DNA of 38,817 bases from Nemertoderma westbladi (lineage: Eukaryota; Animalia; Xenacoelomorpha), in assembly GCA_032718475.1 (NCBI GenBank), contig JAUCBJ010000110.1:1-38817 (forward strand), written 5' to 3'. Within the stretch, counting starts at the first letter, position 1, and each line of letters begins with the position of its first letter. Below the pieces are notes generated by a model. It did no database searches and was not told where the DNA came from. It saw only the letters and a list, made by a program, of their open reading frames with translations. Of this stretch, positions 1 through 11,535 are shown one piece after another. The position numbers and the translations under genes are program-made.

Positions 1-169
1 CCTCCTAAAGGATTCCAACGCCTTGGAGGGGGGAACTGGTTAGCAAAGAAAACAAATCAGTCACATCCCAGAAAAACCTTTACAGTAGGTTTCAGAGTAT
101 TTTAGCGTATGGGGGAAAAACTGGGTTGCGGGGCGAAGGGCCAGTTACATCCCACAGAAGCTTTTACAG

Positions 170-2737
170 GCTCTACCTTAAGAAGTTGCCACCAACACTC
201 ACTAATACAGTCTACTTTGGTTGAGGCTCTACCTTACTCACTAATACGGTCTACTTTGGTTGAGGCTCTACCTTACTCACTAATACGGTCTGCTTTGGTT
301 GAGGCTCTACCGTAAGAAGTTGCCGCCAACACTCACTAATACGGTCTACTTTGTTTGAGGCTCTACCTTAAGAAGTTGCCACCAACACTCACTAATACAG
401 TCTACTTTGGTTGAGGCTCTACCGTACTCACTAATACGGTCTACTTTGGTTGAGGCTCTACCGTAAGAAGTTGCCGCCAACACTCACTAATACGGTCTAC
501 TTTGGTTGAGGCTCTACCTTACTCACTAATACGGTCTACTTTGGTTGAGGCTCTACCTTACTCACTAATACGGTCTACTTTGGTTGAGGCTCTACCGTAA
601 GAAGTTGCCGCCAACACTCACTAATACGGTCTATTTTGTTTGAGGCTCTACCTTAAGAAGTTGCCACCAACACTCACTAATACAGTCTACTTTGGTTGAG
701 GCTCTACCTTACTCACTAATACGGTCTACTTTGGTTGAGGCTCTACCTTACTCACTAATACGGTCTACTTTGGTTGAGGCTCTACCGTAAGAAGTTGCCG
801 CCAACACTCACTAATACGGTCTACTTTGTTTGAGGCTCTACCTTAAGAAGTTGCCACCAACACTCACTAATACAGTCTACTTTGGTTGAGGCTCTACCGT
901 ACTCACTAATACGGTCTACTTTGGTCGAGGCTCTACCTTAAGAAGTTGCCGCCAACACTCACTTAATACGGTCTACTTTGTTTGAGGCTCTACCTTAAGA
1001 AGTTGCCACCAACACTCACTAATACAGTCTACTTTGGTTGAGGCTCTACCTTAAGAAGTTGCCGCCAACACTCACTGATAAGGTCTACTTTGGTTGAGGC
1101 TCTACCTTAAGAAGTTGCCACCAACACTCACTAATACGGTCTACTTTGGTTGAGGCTCTACCTTAAGAAGTTGCCGCCAACACTCACTAATACGGTCTAC
1201 TTTGGTTGAGGCTCTACCTTAAGAAGTTGCCGCCAACACTCACTGATAAGGTCTACTTTGGTTGAGGCTCTACCTTACTCACTAATACGGTCTACTTTGG
1301 TTGAGGTTCTACCTTACTCACTAATACGGTCTACTTTGGTTGAGGCTCTACCGTAAGAAGTTGCCGCCAACACTCACTAATACGGTCTACTTTGGCTGAG
1401 GCTCTACCTTAAGAAGTTGCCACCAACACTCACTAATACGGTCTACTTTGGTTGAGGCTCTACCTTAAGAAGTTGCCGCCAACACTCACTAATACGGTCA
1501 ACTTTGGCTGAGGCTCTACCTTAAGAAGTTGCTGCAAACACTCACTGATAAGGTCTACTTTGGTTGAGGCTCTATCTTAAGTACCAGTTAAATAACTGGG
1601 AGCAAATCTTGGGAAAAGAGTAGCGCCCACCCCTACCCTCGGGTAGCAGCTATCGAAAGAGGAGCCTTCGGATCGCCTCCGGCTTCGGCCGACTGTTTGC
1701 TTTGCTTGCTACCTTAAGAAGTTGCCGCCAACACTCACTAATACAGTCTACTTTGGTTGAGGCTCTACCTTACTCACTAATACGGTCTACTTTGGTTGAG
1801 GCTCTACCTTAAGAAGTTGCCGCCAACACTCACTAATACGGTCTACTTTGGTTGAGGCGCCAACACTCACTAATACGGTCTACTTTGGTTGAGGCTCTAC
1901 CTTAAGAAGTTGCCGCCAACACTCACTAATAAGGTCTACTTTGGTTGAGGCTCTACCTTAAGAAGTTGCCGCCAACACTCACTAATAAGGTCTACTTTGG
2001 TTGAGGCTCTACCTTAAGAAGTTGCCGCCAACACTCACTAATAAGGTCTACTTTGGTTGAGGCTCTACCTTAAGAAGTTGCCGCCAACACTCACTAATAA
2101 GGTCTACTTTGGTTGAGGCTCTACCTTAAGAAGTTGCCGCCAACACTCACTAATAAGGTCTACTTTGGTTGAGGCTCTACCTTAAGAAGTTGCCGCCAAC
2201 ACTCACTAATAAGGTCTACTTTGGTTGAGGCTCTACCTTAAGAAGTTGCCACCAACACTCACTGAGAAGGTCTACTTTTGTTGAGGCTCTACCTTAAGAA
2301 GTTGCCGCCAACACTCACTAATACAGTCTACTTTGGTTGAGGCTCTACCTTAAGAAGTTGCCGCCAACACTCACTAATACGGTCTACTTTGGTTGAGGCG
2401 CCAACACTCACTAATACGGTCTACTTTGGTTGAGGCTCTACCTTAAGAAGTTGCCGCCAACACTCACTATAATACGGTCTACTTTGTTTGAGGCTCTACC
2501 TTACTCACTAATACGGTCAACTTTGGTTGAGGCTCTACCTTACTCACTAATACGGTCTACTTTGGTTGAGGCTCTACCTTAAGAAGTTGCCGCCAACACT
2601 CACTGATAAGGTCTACTTTGGTTGAGGCGCCAACACTCACTAATACGGTCTACTTTGGTTGAGGCTCTACCTTAAGAAGTTGCCGCCAACACTCACTGAT
2701 AAGGTCTACTTTGGTTGAGGCTCTACCTTAAGAAGTT
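170..2737. repeat. Minisatellite array of a 39-bp core with an optional 17-bp module (56-bp unit)
   Basis: Core ACTCACTAATACGGTCTACTTTGGTTGAGGCTCTACCTT repeated head-to-tail, often preceded by AAGAAGTTGCCGCCAAC; occasional 37-bp deletion variants (GAGGCGCCAAC). Confidence 0.97.
1582..1708 (+). mobile_element. 3' fragment of a SINE/LINE-like retroposon inserted in the minisatellite
   Basis: Non-satellite GC-rich 127 bp ending in a (TTTGC)-like short-repeat tail; flanked by CTATCTTAAG (1572-1581) and CTACCTTAAG (1709-1718), a ~10-bp TSD with one mismatch. Confidence 0.65.
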
Positions 2738-3045
2738 AAGTAAACATTTTAAGTTTTAAGTAGGAACTACAATGAATGAAGATCTTAAGAAAACAAAACT
2801 TTTATTAAAGCACTTTCAAAAGAAAAATTGATACAATTTAATTTACTTCAGATATCGAACTTGACGTTTTATTCAGATTTAATGAAATATTCGCGGTGGA
2901 TAATTTTCACTATTTTTGATGCTCTAGCTTTAAACATAATTATTAATACAGTATCTTTAGAAGTAAAACTTAATAGAAACACATTATGTAGATGCCAATT
3001 GGATTTGACTAGAACTAACGAGAGACGAATAATTGTATGACTGAA

Positions 3046-3505
3046 TAGACATGATATATATGGTTGTAGTGCAATTAATTTCTAAGAAATTCCGTCTTCT
3101 ATTTAAGTTGTATGGTCACATATTTTAAATTGATTAAATCCGAATATTTGCCAATTCGAAAACAAAACCCTTTAATAATCTCAGATTGGCGTCGCTTACG
3201 TTTGCAACACAACACCTTCACATTATTGGAATCGATATAGCAGTCCCCAGTTTTCCGACGATTCCTAGCGAGACCAGGGTATATTACTGTAGCTATTTTA
3301 TTGTGACTAGAGAGGTAATAAGTGACGAATATTTGTTAGACATAATAATAGATGTGGTTGTAGTGGAATTAATTTCTACGGATTAAGTGCGTTCTTTATA
3401 CAAGTTGCCAAGTCAATACAAGTGATTAAAATACAGATTTTTGTTGTCATTGCCAATTCAAAAACAAAATACAGTATTAATATCGCAGACTGGCGTCACT
3501 TACGA
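3046..3505. repeat. Diverged direct duplication (two ~160-bp copies, ~290-bp spacing)
   Basis: TAGACAT..TGGTTGTAGTG..ATTAATTTCTA..TTGCCAATTC..AAACAAAA..CAGA(T/C)TGGCGTC(G/A)CTTACG occurs at ~3046-3200 and ~3337-3505. Confidence 0.7.
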
Positions 3506-3617
3506 TCCAACTATTCTCCTTCACGGGATGACCCTATCGTTATTTAAATCGATGGATACTATGTGCACTAAGTCATATCTGAACCCTATATGAACCCAAT
3601 CTGGACCCAATCTATAA

Positions 3618-4310
3618 AGGAGCCGTTAAAATTACTAGAATCACTATTTCCTGATTGGTTTTAAACTGGGTACCTAGTAACGTCATCAGCTGGTTTCAAA
3701 ATGCCATACTACAGATATGGTGACAGGAAAATAGTGATTCTAGTAATTTTAACGACTATTTTAAGGGCCTTAAAAATACTAGAGTCACTATTCCTGGAAC
3801 CCTTAAAACAACTATAAACACTATTATTAAATATAAAGAAGTTATCAGGATACAGAAAATCCTACAGTAGGCCTACTCAACTTTGTAAACTTTTGACATA
3901 CAGTACTACTTGTGTACCACGTTTGGTATAATTTCATCTAAAAGATTTGCTGAGTTACTGTATTAGCATTCAAAGATTAGACGGACCGACCGACCAACCG
4001 CCTGGCAGACCGACAGATAGACGCGAGGTTGAGATTGGTACCCGTCTTCTAAGCTCGCACACCTTCGTGGCTCGCCCCACATTGTTAGACAATTTAACGG
4101 GTGCTTGTCAGTTCTGTCACTGGCCCTGTGTTACCGGATAGTGACTCTAGTATTTTTATGGCCCTTAAAATAGTTCTTAAAATTACTAGAATCACTATTT
4201 CCTGTCGCCATATCAGCAATATGGCATTTTGAAACCAGCTGATGGCGATGCTAGGTACACAGTTTAAAACCAATCAGGAAATAGTGATTCTAGTAATTTT
4301 AACGGCTCCT
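3618..4310. mobile_element. Non-autonomous DNA transposon (MITE) with ~180-bp terminal inverted repeats, superfamily uncertain (Harbinger-like termini)
   Basis: AGGAGCCGTTAAAATTACTAGAATCACTATTTCCTGATTGG at 3618 and its exact reverse complement ending at 4310; inverted similarity extends ~180 bp. TSD ambiguous. Confidence 0.88.
3830..4081 (-). mobile_element. Helentron/DINE-1-like non-autonomous repeat, copy A (inside the MITE)
   Basis: Minus strand begins TGTGGGGCGAGCCACGAA..GCGAGCTT, then a GTCG/GTCT microsatellite and GTCTAATCTTTGAATGCT, matching the copy at 4751. Family call rests on the GTCY-microsatellite architecture only. Confidence 0.5.
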
Positions 4311-4750
4311 AATCTCTACCAAACTGGATACCAAATCTTAAAGGATTACTAATTAAATTGACTGCAGCATGTATACTGTATTGTAAAATTGTACCGGCAC
4401 ACCTACTGTACTCTTGAAATAATTTATTGTATAACAATTTATGTACCGGTAATTAATAATATTTAATTATTTATATTATTGCAGTTTATCTGGAAAGACA
4501 AAAAAAGAGGAGAAGTCCAAGGATAGTAGGCCTACCATTGAAACGGGGAAAGAGAGGGTCTCGAGGCCTTCTATGGCTGGGCAGGGAACAATGCCTGCCG
4601 CCACATCTAAATGTAAATGATGATGGCGTGGATGGCGACGTAGAGGAAGAGTAGGCGTACTTCAAACTCAGTATATTAATCTTATCATAAACAATTTTAA
4701 TATATTTATCTCTATATACTGTATACTAAAGTATACGGCAATCTTATGTT

Positions 4751-5163
4751 TGTGGGGCGAGCCACGAAATTTAGCGAGCTTGGCATATACCCATATGGTA
4801 ATCCACTAATACCTATACATACATACTGTAGCATAACCACTATTTTAAGAACTTGTGTGTCGGTCTGCCTGTCTGTCGGTCTAATCATTGAATGCTTACT
4901 TATCAGGAACTCTGCACTTTATTGAACTAAACTTTGTATGAATGATCTATGAAAAAAGTGTATCAGTAGAGTAAGCAAGTGTAAAAGTAGCTATGAAAGT
5001 TTGCATACATACAGACTTCTACAGTTCCCCTGTCGGCCGACCGCTTGGAGGCTTCATGACTAAAGATCAAATGTCCTCCGTTAACATTGCTTTTAATCGT
5101 TCAAGCTGAAAATTTGACAGATATGTACTACTGTGGACTATCAACTGTGCCTAATCCGCCTGC
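4751..5163 (+). mobile_element. Helentron/DINE-1-like non-autonomous repeat, copy B
   Basis: TGTGGGGCGAGCCACGAA..GCGAGCTT, then GTCGGTCTGCCTGTCTGTCGGTCTAATCATTGAATGCT; same family as copy A in opposite orientation. Right end uncertain. Confidence 0.5.
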
Positions 5164-5167
5164 ATTT

Positions 5168-6238
5168 GTGGCGTGACACCTAGAAAAGGGGTTAACTGGT
5201 CATCTGGACGATTTTGAGTTATTTATAAAAGTGAATAGAAAATTTATTTACCTTTCGAATGCGCTATAATACTTACCTTGAATGTTATTTTAAATATTCG
5301 AAAAATGAATTTGAAGTAGTCGTGTCTATCAAAAATCCATTTACGAGACCCCATTTCCAGAGGTGAAAGTGAAATCATGCTAAATATTCCATAAATTAAG
5401 TAGTTGAAATTAGTTTCTGATGTCAATTCGAAGTGTACTGTAGTTGGGTTTTTTGGGTTCCTAATTCCATTGGAAATTAAAAAAATTTGGTCTGACCACG
5501 AAAATTTTTATTTTTTTAGCCAAATTTTGGAATGAAATGTGCAAGTACTCCAAAAAATTGCAACGTTACCAGATCGTATATCCGATTGAAAATTCAGTCC
5601 AATGGGGGTTTTTTGGGGCGCTGTTCACCATGGTAACAAAATGAAATTGATTGGAACAATGCAAATTGCGATTTTTGAATCTTTGATTTATCAAAAGTGC
5701 TAGGAATGGGTCTTTTCATTTTTGTGCCCATTTGGAGAATCTAACCAAATTATGAATGTTACCGATGGAATCAACGCATGCGAAAACCTTCGTAGGATCA
5801 AAGATATGGCTAATATATCGACTTAGAAAATGTGAAAATTTCGAGCTACTTGCAAAAAAATTACATAAATATTTTCATAAAAATTATATATTTCACGATG
5901 GAATTTGATAGGGAAGTGTTAATAAGGATATCAGCACTCTAATAATCCAAAAATCAGCTTGTATAAGGTCACTGAACGAAGGTGAACCTAAAAGTCGGTA
6001 TTCTCCAGTCCAAAAGTGCCAATATCGGTGAAAGGATGTCCTTATAACTCGACAACTGCTTGTGCTAGCGAAATTTTATTTTAGGATTCTGAAAGAGGAT
6101 AAAATTTAGTCTAAGTGGGGCAAAAAATTCAGCACCTACACTCAAGCTTCACTACTGTTAAACTTCTAAATGTTTAACTGCGTTTTTCTCGAATTGTGAT
6201 TTTGAATAGTTAAGCACCTTTCTAGGGTGTCACGCCAC
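5168..6238. mobile_element. Non-autonomous Sola1-like DNA transposon (1071 bp)
   Basis: TIRs GTGGCGTGACACCTAGAAAAGG / CCTTTCTAGGGTGTCACGCCAC; perfect 4-bp TSD ATTT (5164-5167, 6239-6242), fitting the AWWT target of Sola1. No transposase ORF. Confidence 0.8.
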
Positions 6239-7266
6239 ATTTCTCTATTCTGCTGCTAGAATTCGAAATATCTAATAGTGAAATAGTATGACATTGACTA
6301 GAAAATTGGCTGTGTCTTTGTCGGATGCTGCTCCATCTTGACATACAGTACTGTATAAAGTCACCCATCATTCGTCATTGGTATTTTGGGAAAGACGGAT
6401 TTCGTATATCTACTGTAGTAGATATTAGTACAGTGTACTTTATTATATTAAAACGTGCACTTTTTAATAAGACTTGAACTAAATACAGTAAGCTATTATT
6501 AGAAGTATAAACTTAATTACACCATCACTCATCAATAATTACACTCATCAGTTATCCTTATCCGTAACCTGGGAAACGGCCCCAATGAGCAGTTTATTCT
6601 GCGGAGGGGTCTTTCTGTATTAGATAAATAAAATAAAGTACACTAATTATTTATAACTAATACATTCTCAGTTAGCTTATAATACAAACATAGGAGAAAC
6701 CAATATAATATACAGTACATGTACAAGCCAAGCCTCCTTATGAAAGTTTGTGAAATGTTCCATTAAGTCTACCCAACAGCCGTTGGTACCGAGCTGGCAC
6801 CCTGGTACAGTTTTTTGGTTTTGTTAGTTTAATCGACAGCTGTTGTAAACGTCCCAGATATACAAAACCTACTAAGCCTTTACATTACAATTGAGTTTAG
6901 CCTGAGTTGATGACAGTATTATAACGATGACAATAGACCCTATAGATACATACGATATATAAATGATGTATTGCTTGACATTACACTAACTGACTGAATA
7001 GAGATAGAACAATAATTAACGATATAATATGTACTGTATACGTTACTGCAATTGACAATAAGTAGTGAAATGTTGTTCAGCCGTCAAAGTGTAGTTGTGG
7101 ATATTTAATTTCGCGTTCTATAATGTTGATAATGTGCTAATATTTCGAATATCGCACATCGAATCGTTCCCAACTTTTTTATTCAACAACTAGATACTAA
7201 TTGATAAATAGTCGCGTTTACAATTTTTGCGTACCAGCTTGAGTTGTTGAGATGTTGGATGGTTAT

Positions 7267-7409
<143 letters not shown>

Positions 7410-7620
7410 ACCACATCGTGTTTTTGAACGGCTCAACTCTTGACAAGAACTACCCTGTCTAAAGAGAGGTTCGTTATAAGAACTAACTACTACAAAATAT
7501 TTATAGAAGGAAGTAGGATGTCGGAACCAGTGTCGAAATTACTAGCTTAACCTACCTAAAACACTAGCTACCATAAAATTTTGTATCTTACTAAACGAGG
7601 ATGCTTCAAGCTGTCAAGTA

Positions 7621-7985
7621 CCCAGGTAGCACATGACGTCCACGAAAGAAATTGAACGTTCATATTTGGTACTGATTTCCTGCATTACTGATTTCCTGAA
7701 CATCAATGAAATACAGTATCTTTCAAAATAGGTAAAAATTGCTGACGTTGTGAGTAATAATATAACAAATTGAGACGTTCACATTAGGTACTGTAATTTA
7801 ACGTCCTAACTTTACCGAAATTGAAAATGAACCAAAACAAACGAATATTAAACGTTCAAATTGCGTTTAGTATTGAGTACATTTTTTTTGTACCTAAATA
7901 TGTACGTTGTTTGAACGTTTATGAACGTTCAAACATAATTTACTTTAATTATATGTCAATGGCATGTTCAAACTTGTTCGTAACA
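7621..7985 (+). mobile_element. Probable left end of a CACTA/EnSpm-like DNA transposon
   Basis: TA|CCCAGGTAGCACA start followed by many subterminal (A/G)ACGTT motifs (~7656, 7775, 7852, 7904, 7915, 7924), an architecture typical of animal EnSpm-like elements. No right TIR found in the window. Confidence 0.45.
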
Positions 7986-8172
7986 CAATTATCTGATTAT
8001 TTATAATTGTACAATTATACCTTATTTGAAAAGATTGTGTAATCGTATACCAGCAATCAACAGACATTGTTTTCGATTTAAATAATGTTCATACCAAGTG
8101 AGATAGCGGTGACATCGAATAAATTCGTTATACTTCTTAGTTTGAACATTTACGTTCTATACCACGCCCGTA

Positions 8173-8748
8173 TCATTTAGTACTGGAAATATGACTTAGA
8201 GTATGTTCCGTCAAAGTGCGAATTACTCTCATACACAAATCATTGCAAAGAATACCTTCATCAAGTTTCAAATAATACTTTTTTGGTTTTATACCTCTCG
8301 AAGATGATTCATCTTTATATGTCTTAAAGTAAATATCAAAACTACGCAAATTCTTATTTAATTTTACTGTGATATTTTTATGTTCTTCATCAAACAACCA
8401 AGGTACCATAAAGCCACCTTTTTTCACTATATATCGATAAAAAATATTCTGTGATATTGTAAATAACTCGTTAATTTCGTTACCTTTTCCTGAAATGTAG
8501 ATAGAATTCCGCAGCTCTTTCCAATAATATGGATTATATAACTTGTTTACTCTGCAAAGTGTCTGTACTCTACAAATTGGACAAATTTTAGTACAATCAT
8601 TAATTTCAACATATTAATCAATACATGTCATGCAAGTTCCATGCTTATTAATATATATGTAATAATCAAGATGTTTTAAATTAGAATAACAAATACTACA
8701 ATTTGTGTTTATTAAAATATTAATTTTTCTTAAATAACCAAACCAAAA
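8173..8748 (-). pseudogene. Intronless AT-rich RING-finger (C3HC4-like) protein pseudogene
   Basis: Manual translation upstream of and in frame with ORF 8173-8427: NTNCSICYSNLKHLDYYIYINKHGTCMTCID*YVEINDCTKICPICRVQ..KKGGFMVPW. One in-frame TAA, third Cys missing, no in-frame ATG. Confidence 0.7.
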
Positions 8749-8772
8749 TCATTAAAATGTTGATAAAATATT

Positions 8773-9350
8773 TGTAAAGGCTTTTGCGTAATTAGCCGGA
8801 TACATATAACGATTGCGACTTACATTAAGTGGTTTGAAGTGAATCTAATGCTATTTTATAGGCCCTACACGTATTGTCTGTTGTTCTCCTTATATGTGAC
8901 TAAAATTAGTGAAGGTCGGCAGATTAGTGTGCAGCATTGTGCAGTATTGTGTATGACTGTGATCGATAACAAAGCATCTCCTAAAGAATGCGCCATATAC
9001 GTGAATCTATAGCCATCCCGTTGTGTCTAGTTTAAGTCATAACTCTGTTTATATATTTAAAGCGCCACGTCCTAAAGGAACTGTTAATATTTCCCGAAAG
9101 TGAATAATATTGTCAGAGATTATATATATTAAGATCAGTCGAATAATACAGTAGGCCTATCCCGCAATACGATTACAGTAGGCTTCCGAATCCAGTCTCC
9201 CGGGTATATCCAGCGGGTGAATGATCGCGCATAGACTGGTTTCGGCTAATGTAGTGTATCAAATATTTGTCGTAGGCTAAAGACTATCTATTATCTAGAA
9301 GACATCCTAATTTGGCAGGTTAAACTGCTAAAGGTCTGAAAGCGCGAACA
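8773..9350 (+). repeat. 5' LTR of BEL element 1 (578 bp, internally deleted)
   Basis: Matches 24348-24374 joined to 24959-25506; by eye one substitution and three small indels. Confidence 0.96.
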
Positions 9351-9525
9351 ATAACGGATATATCGTCTAATTGCAGGGTAGGCAATAAATACAGTTTAAT
9401 ATTGTTCTGGTAAGAACAATAACGGATATAAAGTTCGGATTGCGGTGTAGGCAATAAATACAGTTTAATATTGTCCTGGTAAGAACAATAACGGATATTG
9501 CTTCTGTATTTCAGTAGGCAATAAA
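9346..9525 (+). promoter_or_regulatory. Non-tRNA primer-binding-site region present as three ~68-bp tandem units
   Basis: GAACA+ATAACGGATAT(A) at 9346, 9414 and 9483; no TGG after the LTR; the 12-mer is the reverse complement of LTR positions 24777-24788. Confidence 0.6.
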
Positions 9526-9766
9526 GCTGAAGTACCGGTCAACCGGTACCTAGTAGGCCTGACTACCTAACCACCCGGACCGGTACCTACAGCAGTACAG
9601 GTACAGCAGTATTATTCGATTTTGATAATTATATACCGGTAGGCCTTAATAATTAATCAGGGACTGCAGCCCTGGTTTTTTATTGAGATTTTACTTATTT
9701 CTGTCAGTTTTATTTACTTGTAGGTTAATATTGAGCAGAAGGCGTGTAAGCCTGCTCAGATTGTAC

Positions 9767-10345
9767 AGATAATTTGTAGGCTGGACTGTTGTCTAACTGT
9801 TGTTAAGTCTGAACGGATTGCAGTGTGTGTAGAGCATCTGTCCGATAAAGTGCTAGTTAGGAACGTAGGGGCTTCAAGTGCTGTGAGGTAAACCCCCTTT
9901 GAAAGAATAAGTCGTACTACTAGGTTAGAACGCATACTAACTAATCATTTCGGAGTCTGCATATACTGTAGTTTATTTAGGCTTGATAGTAGTCTGCCAT
10001 CGTTTGGTCTGTACTTTGTTTGTGTAGTCTGTACAGGTAGCGTATAATTCTTATTTAGATAATTTGTAGGCTGGATAGTTGTCTGGCTGTTGTTAGGTCT
10101 GAGGAAATTTCGGTGTGTGTAGAGTGTATGTCCGATAAAGTGCCAGTTGGGAACGTAGGGGCTTCCAGTGTTGTGAGGTAAACCCCCTCTGAAAGAATAA
10201 GTCGTACTACTAGGTTAGAATGCATACTAACTAACCATTTCGGAGTCTGCATATACCATAGTTTGTTTAGGCTTGATAGTAGTCTGTCAGTATTTGGTCT
10301 GCATTTTGTTTGAGTAGTCTGTACGCGTAGCGTAATATTTATTAT
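9767..10345. repeat. Two ~290-bp tandem direct repeats in the BEL 5' leader
   Basis: AGATAATTTGTAGGCTGGA...GTAGCGTA at 9767 and 10057, collinear with scattered substitutions. Confidence 0.93.
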
Positions 10346-11287
10346 TCAGAGTTTATGCGATTATTCGCAACATTCATTCCCCAAGTTTATTCCTACAGTA
10401 ATTGTGCTTGTTATACATACCGTTATAGTTAAACTAACCCCGGTACTACATCAGGGCTGCTTGGCGTAGGTAAAGACTGGAGATTTTATGCTTTGGTCAC
10501 TCCGGCAGATACCGTGGTTCTTTTAGCTGTTCAAGTATTTTTAACTACTGATTATTTGTTGTACAAGTACTTGTACCTAATTTAGGGTTTAGTGTACAGT
10601 GCTTTCCGAAAGTAATTAGCGTGTGGGCAGTATATTTGTGTTGTAAAGTGGTTAATAGGCACGTTGGTTCTGGTAGACCGCGGTAATTAACTTCTGGGTA
10701 GGAACACTCCGTGATACATAACGTAGTACTTATAGCGATACGGCTATAAGTCGTCAGACGGTGGTATTTTCCTATCTGGACAACGCAGTATATTTACTAC
10801 TACTTATTATTTTCAAATACCGTAGTACCCTGTCCGTTGTAATAACCAGATTTCTAACCCTTTGTTAGGCTGGTTTGTAGACTTCTTGTAAAATTACCCT
10901 AAAAATTCGTACTTGTAAATTTTTGTGTTTATTTAGAGATTGTAATCTCACCCCGAATTGTACGTAATTTGTAGTATTAAGTAACTTAGGTAAATTAGAA
11001 TTATTTGTTTTAGTGTCCAACAAGTAGCACTTCACTGAGAGCGCACAGCTTCTGTGTAGTGACTCCCCCAGAAATAATAACATTTATTTCAAATATTGAC
11101 AAAACCCATTAAACGGGTATATATATATTATAAATCAACTCAAAGATTTATAAATAGTAGGCCTGCCATACAACAATTAGGTCTAAATATCAGTTGGACT
11201 ACTGCTTAAATAACGGTAATAAAGTAAGTTAAAGTAACCAAGTAACCAATAAAAATTCAGAAATTCAGTTATTCTAAAATAATTGAC

Positions 11288-11535
11288 ATACCGGTATTTA
11301 CAATAGGCTTATTATATTTATTTCTATAAATTTTAGGCTGAAATTATACCGGTATTCTGTAATTAATTCTAGTCTGTAATTATACTTATATATATACATT
11401 ATAAGTGTAAGCTGTATACCGGTATTCACGATAGGCCTATTATATATTTATCAATTTAGGCTGAAATTATACCGGTATTCTGTAATTAATTCTAGTTAAT
11501 AATTATACTTATATACTATAAGCATACCGGTATTC
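11288..11535. repeat. Two ~120-bp AT-rich tandem repeats punctuated by ATACCGGTATT
   Basis: ATACCGGTATT..TTTAGGCTGAAATTATACCGGTATTCTGTAATTAATTCTAGT..ATTATACTTATATA occurs twice. Confidence 0.85.

Noticed and set aside
109-315. 68-aa ORF with PYSLIRSTLVEAL repeats
   Set aside because: Translation of the 39-bp satellite unit.
170-2737. CRISPR-like array or hammerhead satellite
   Set aside because: No unique spacers and no cas genes; CTGATAAG variants lack the CUGANGA/GAAA hammerhead core.
4484-4655. Possible host exon after TTATTGCAG
   Set aside because: Short, with no recognisable protein and no partner exons; cannot be supported.
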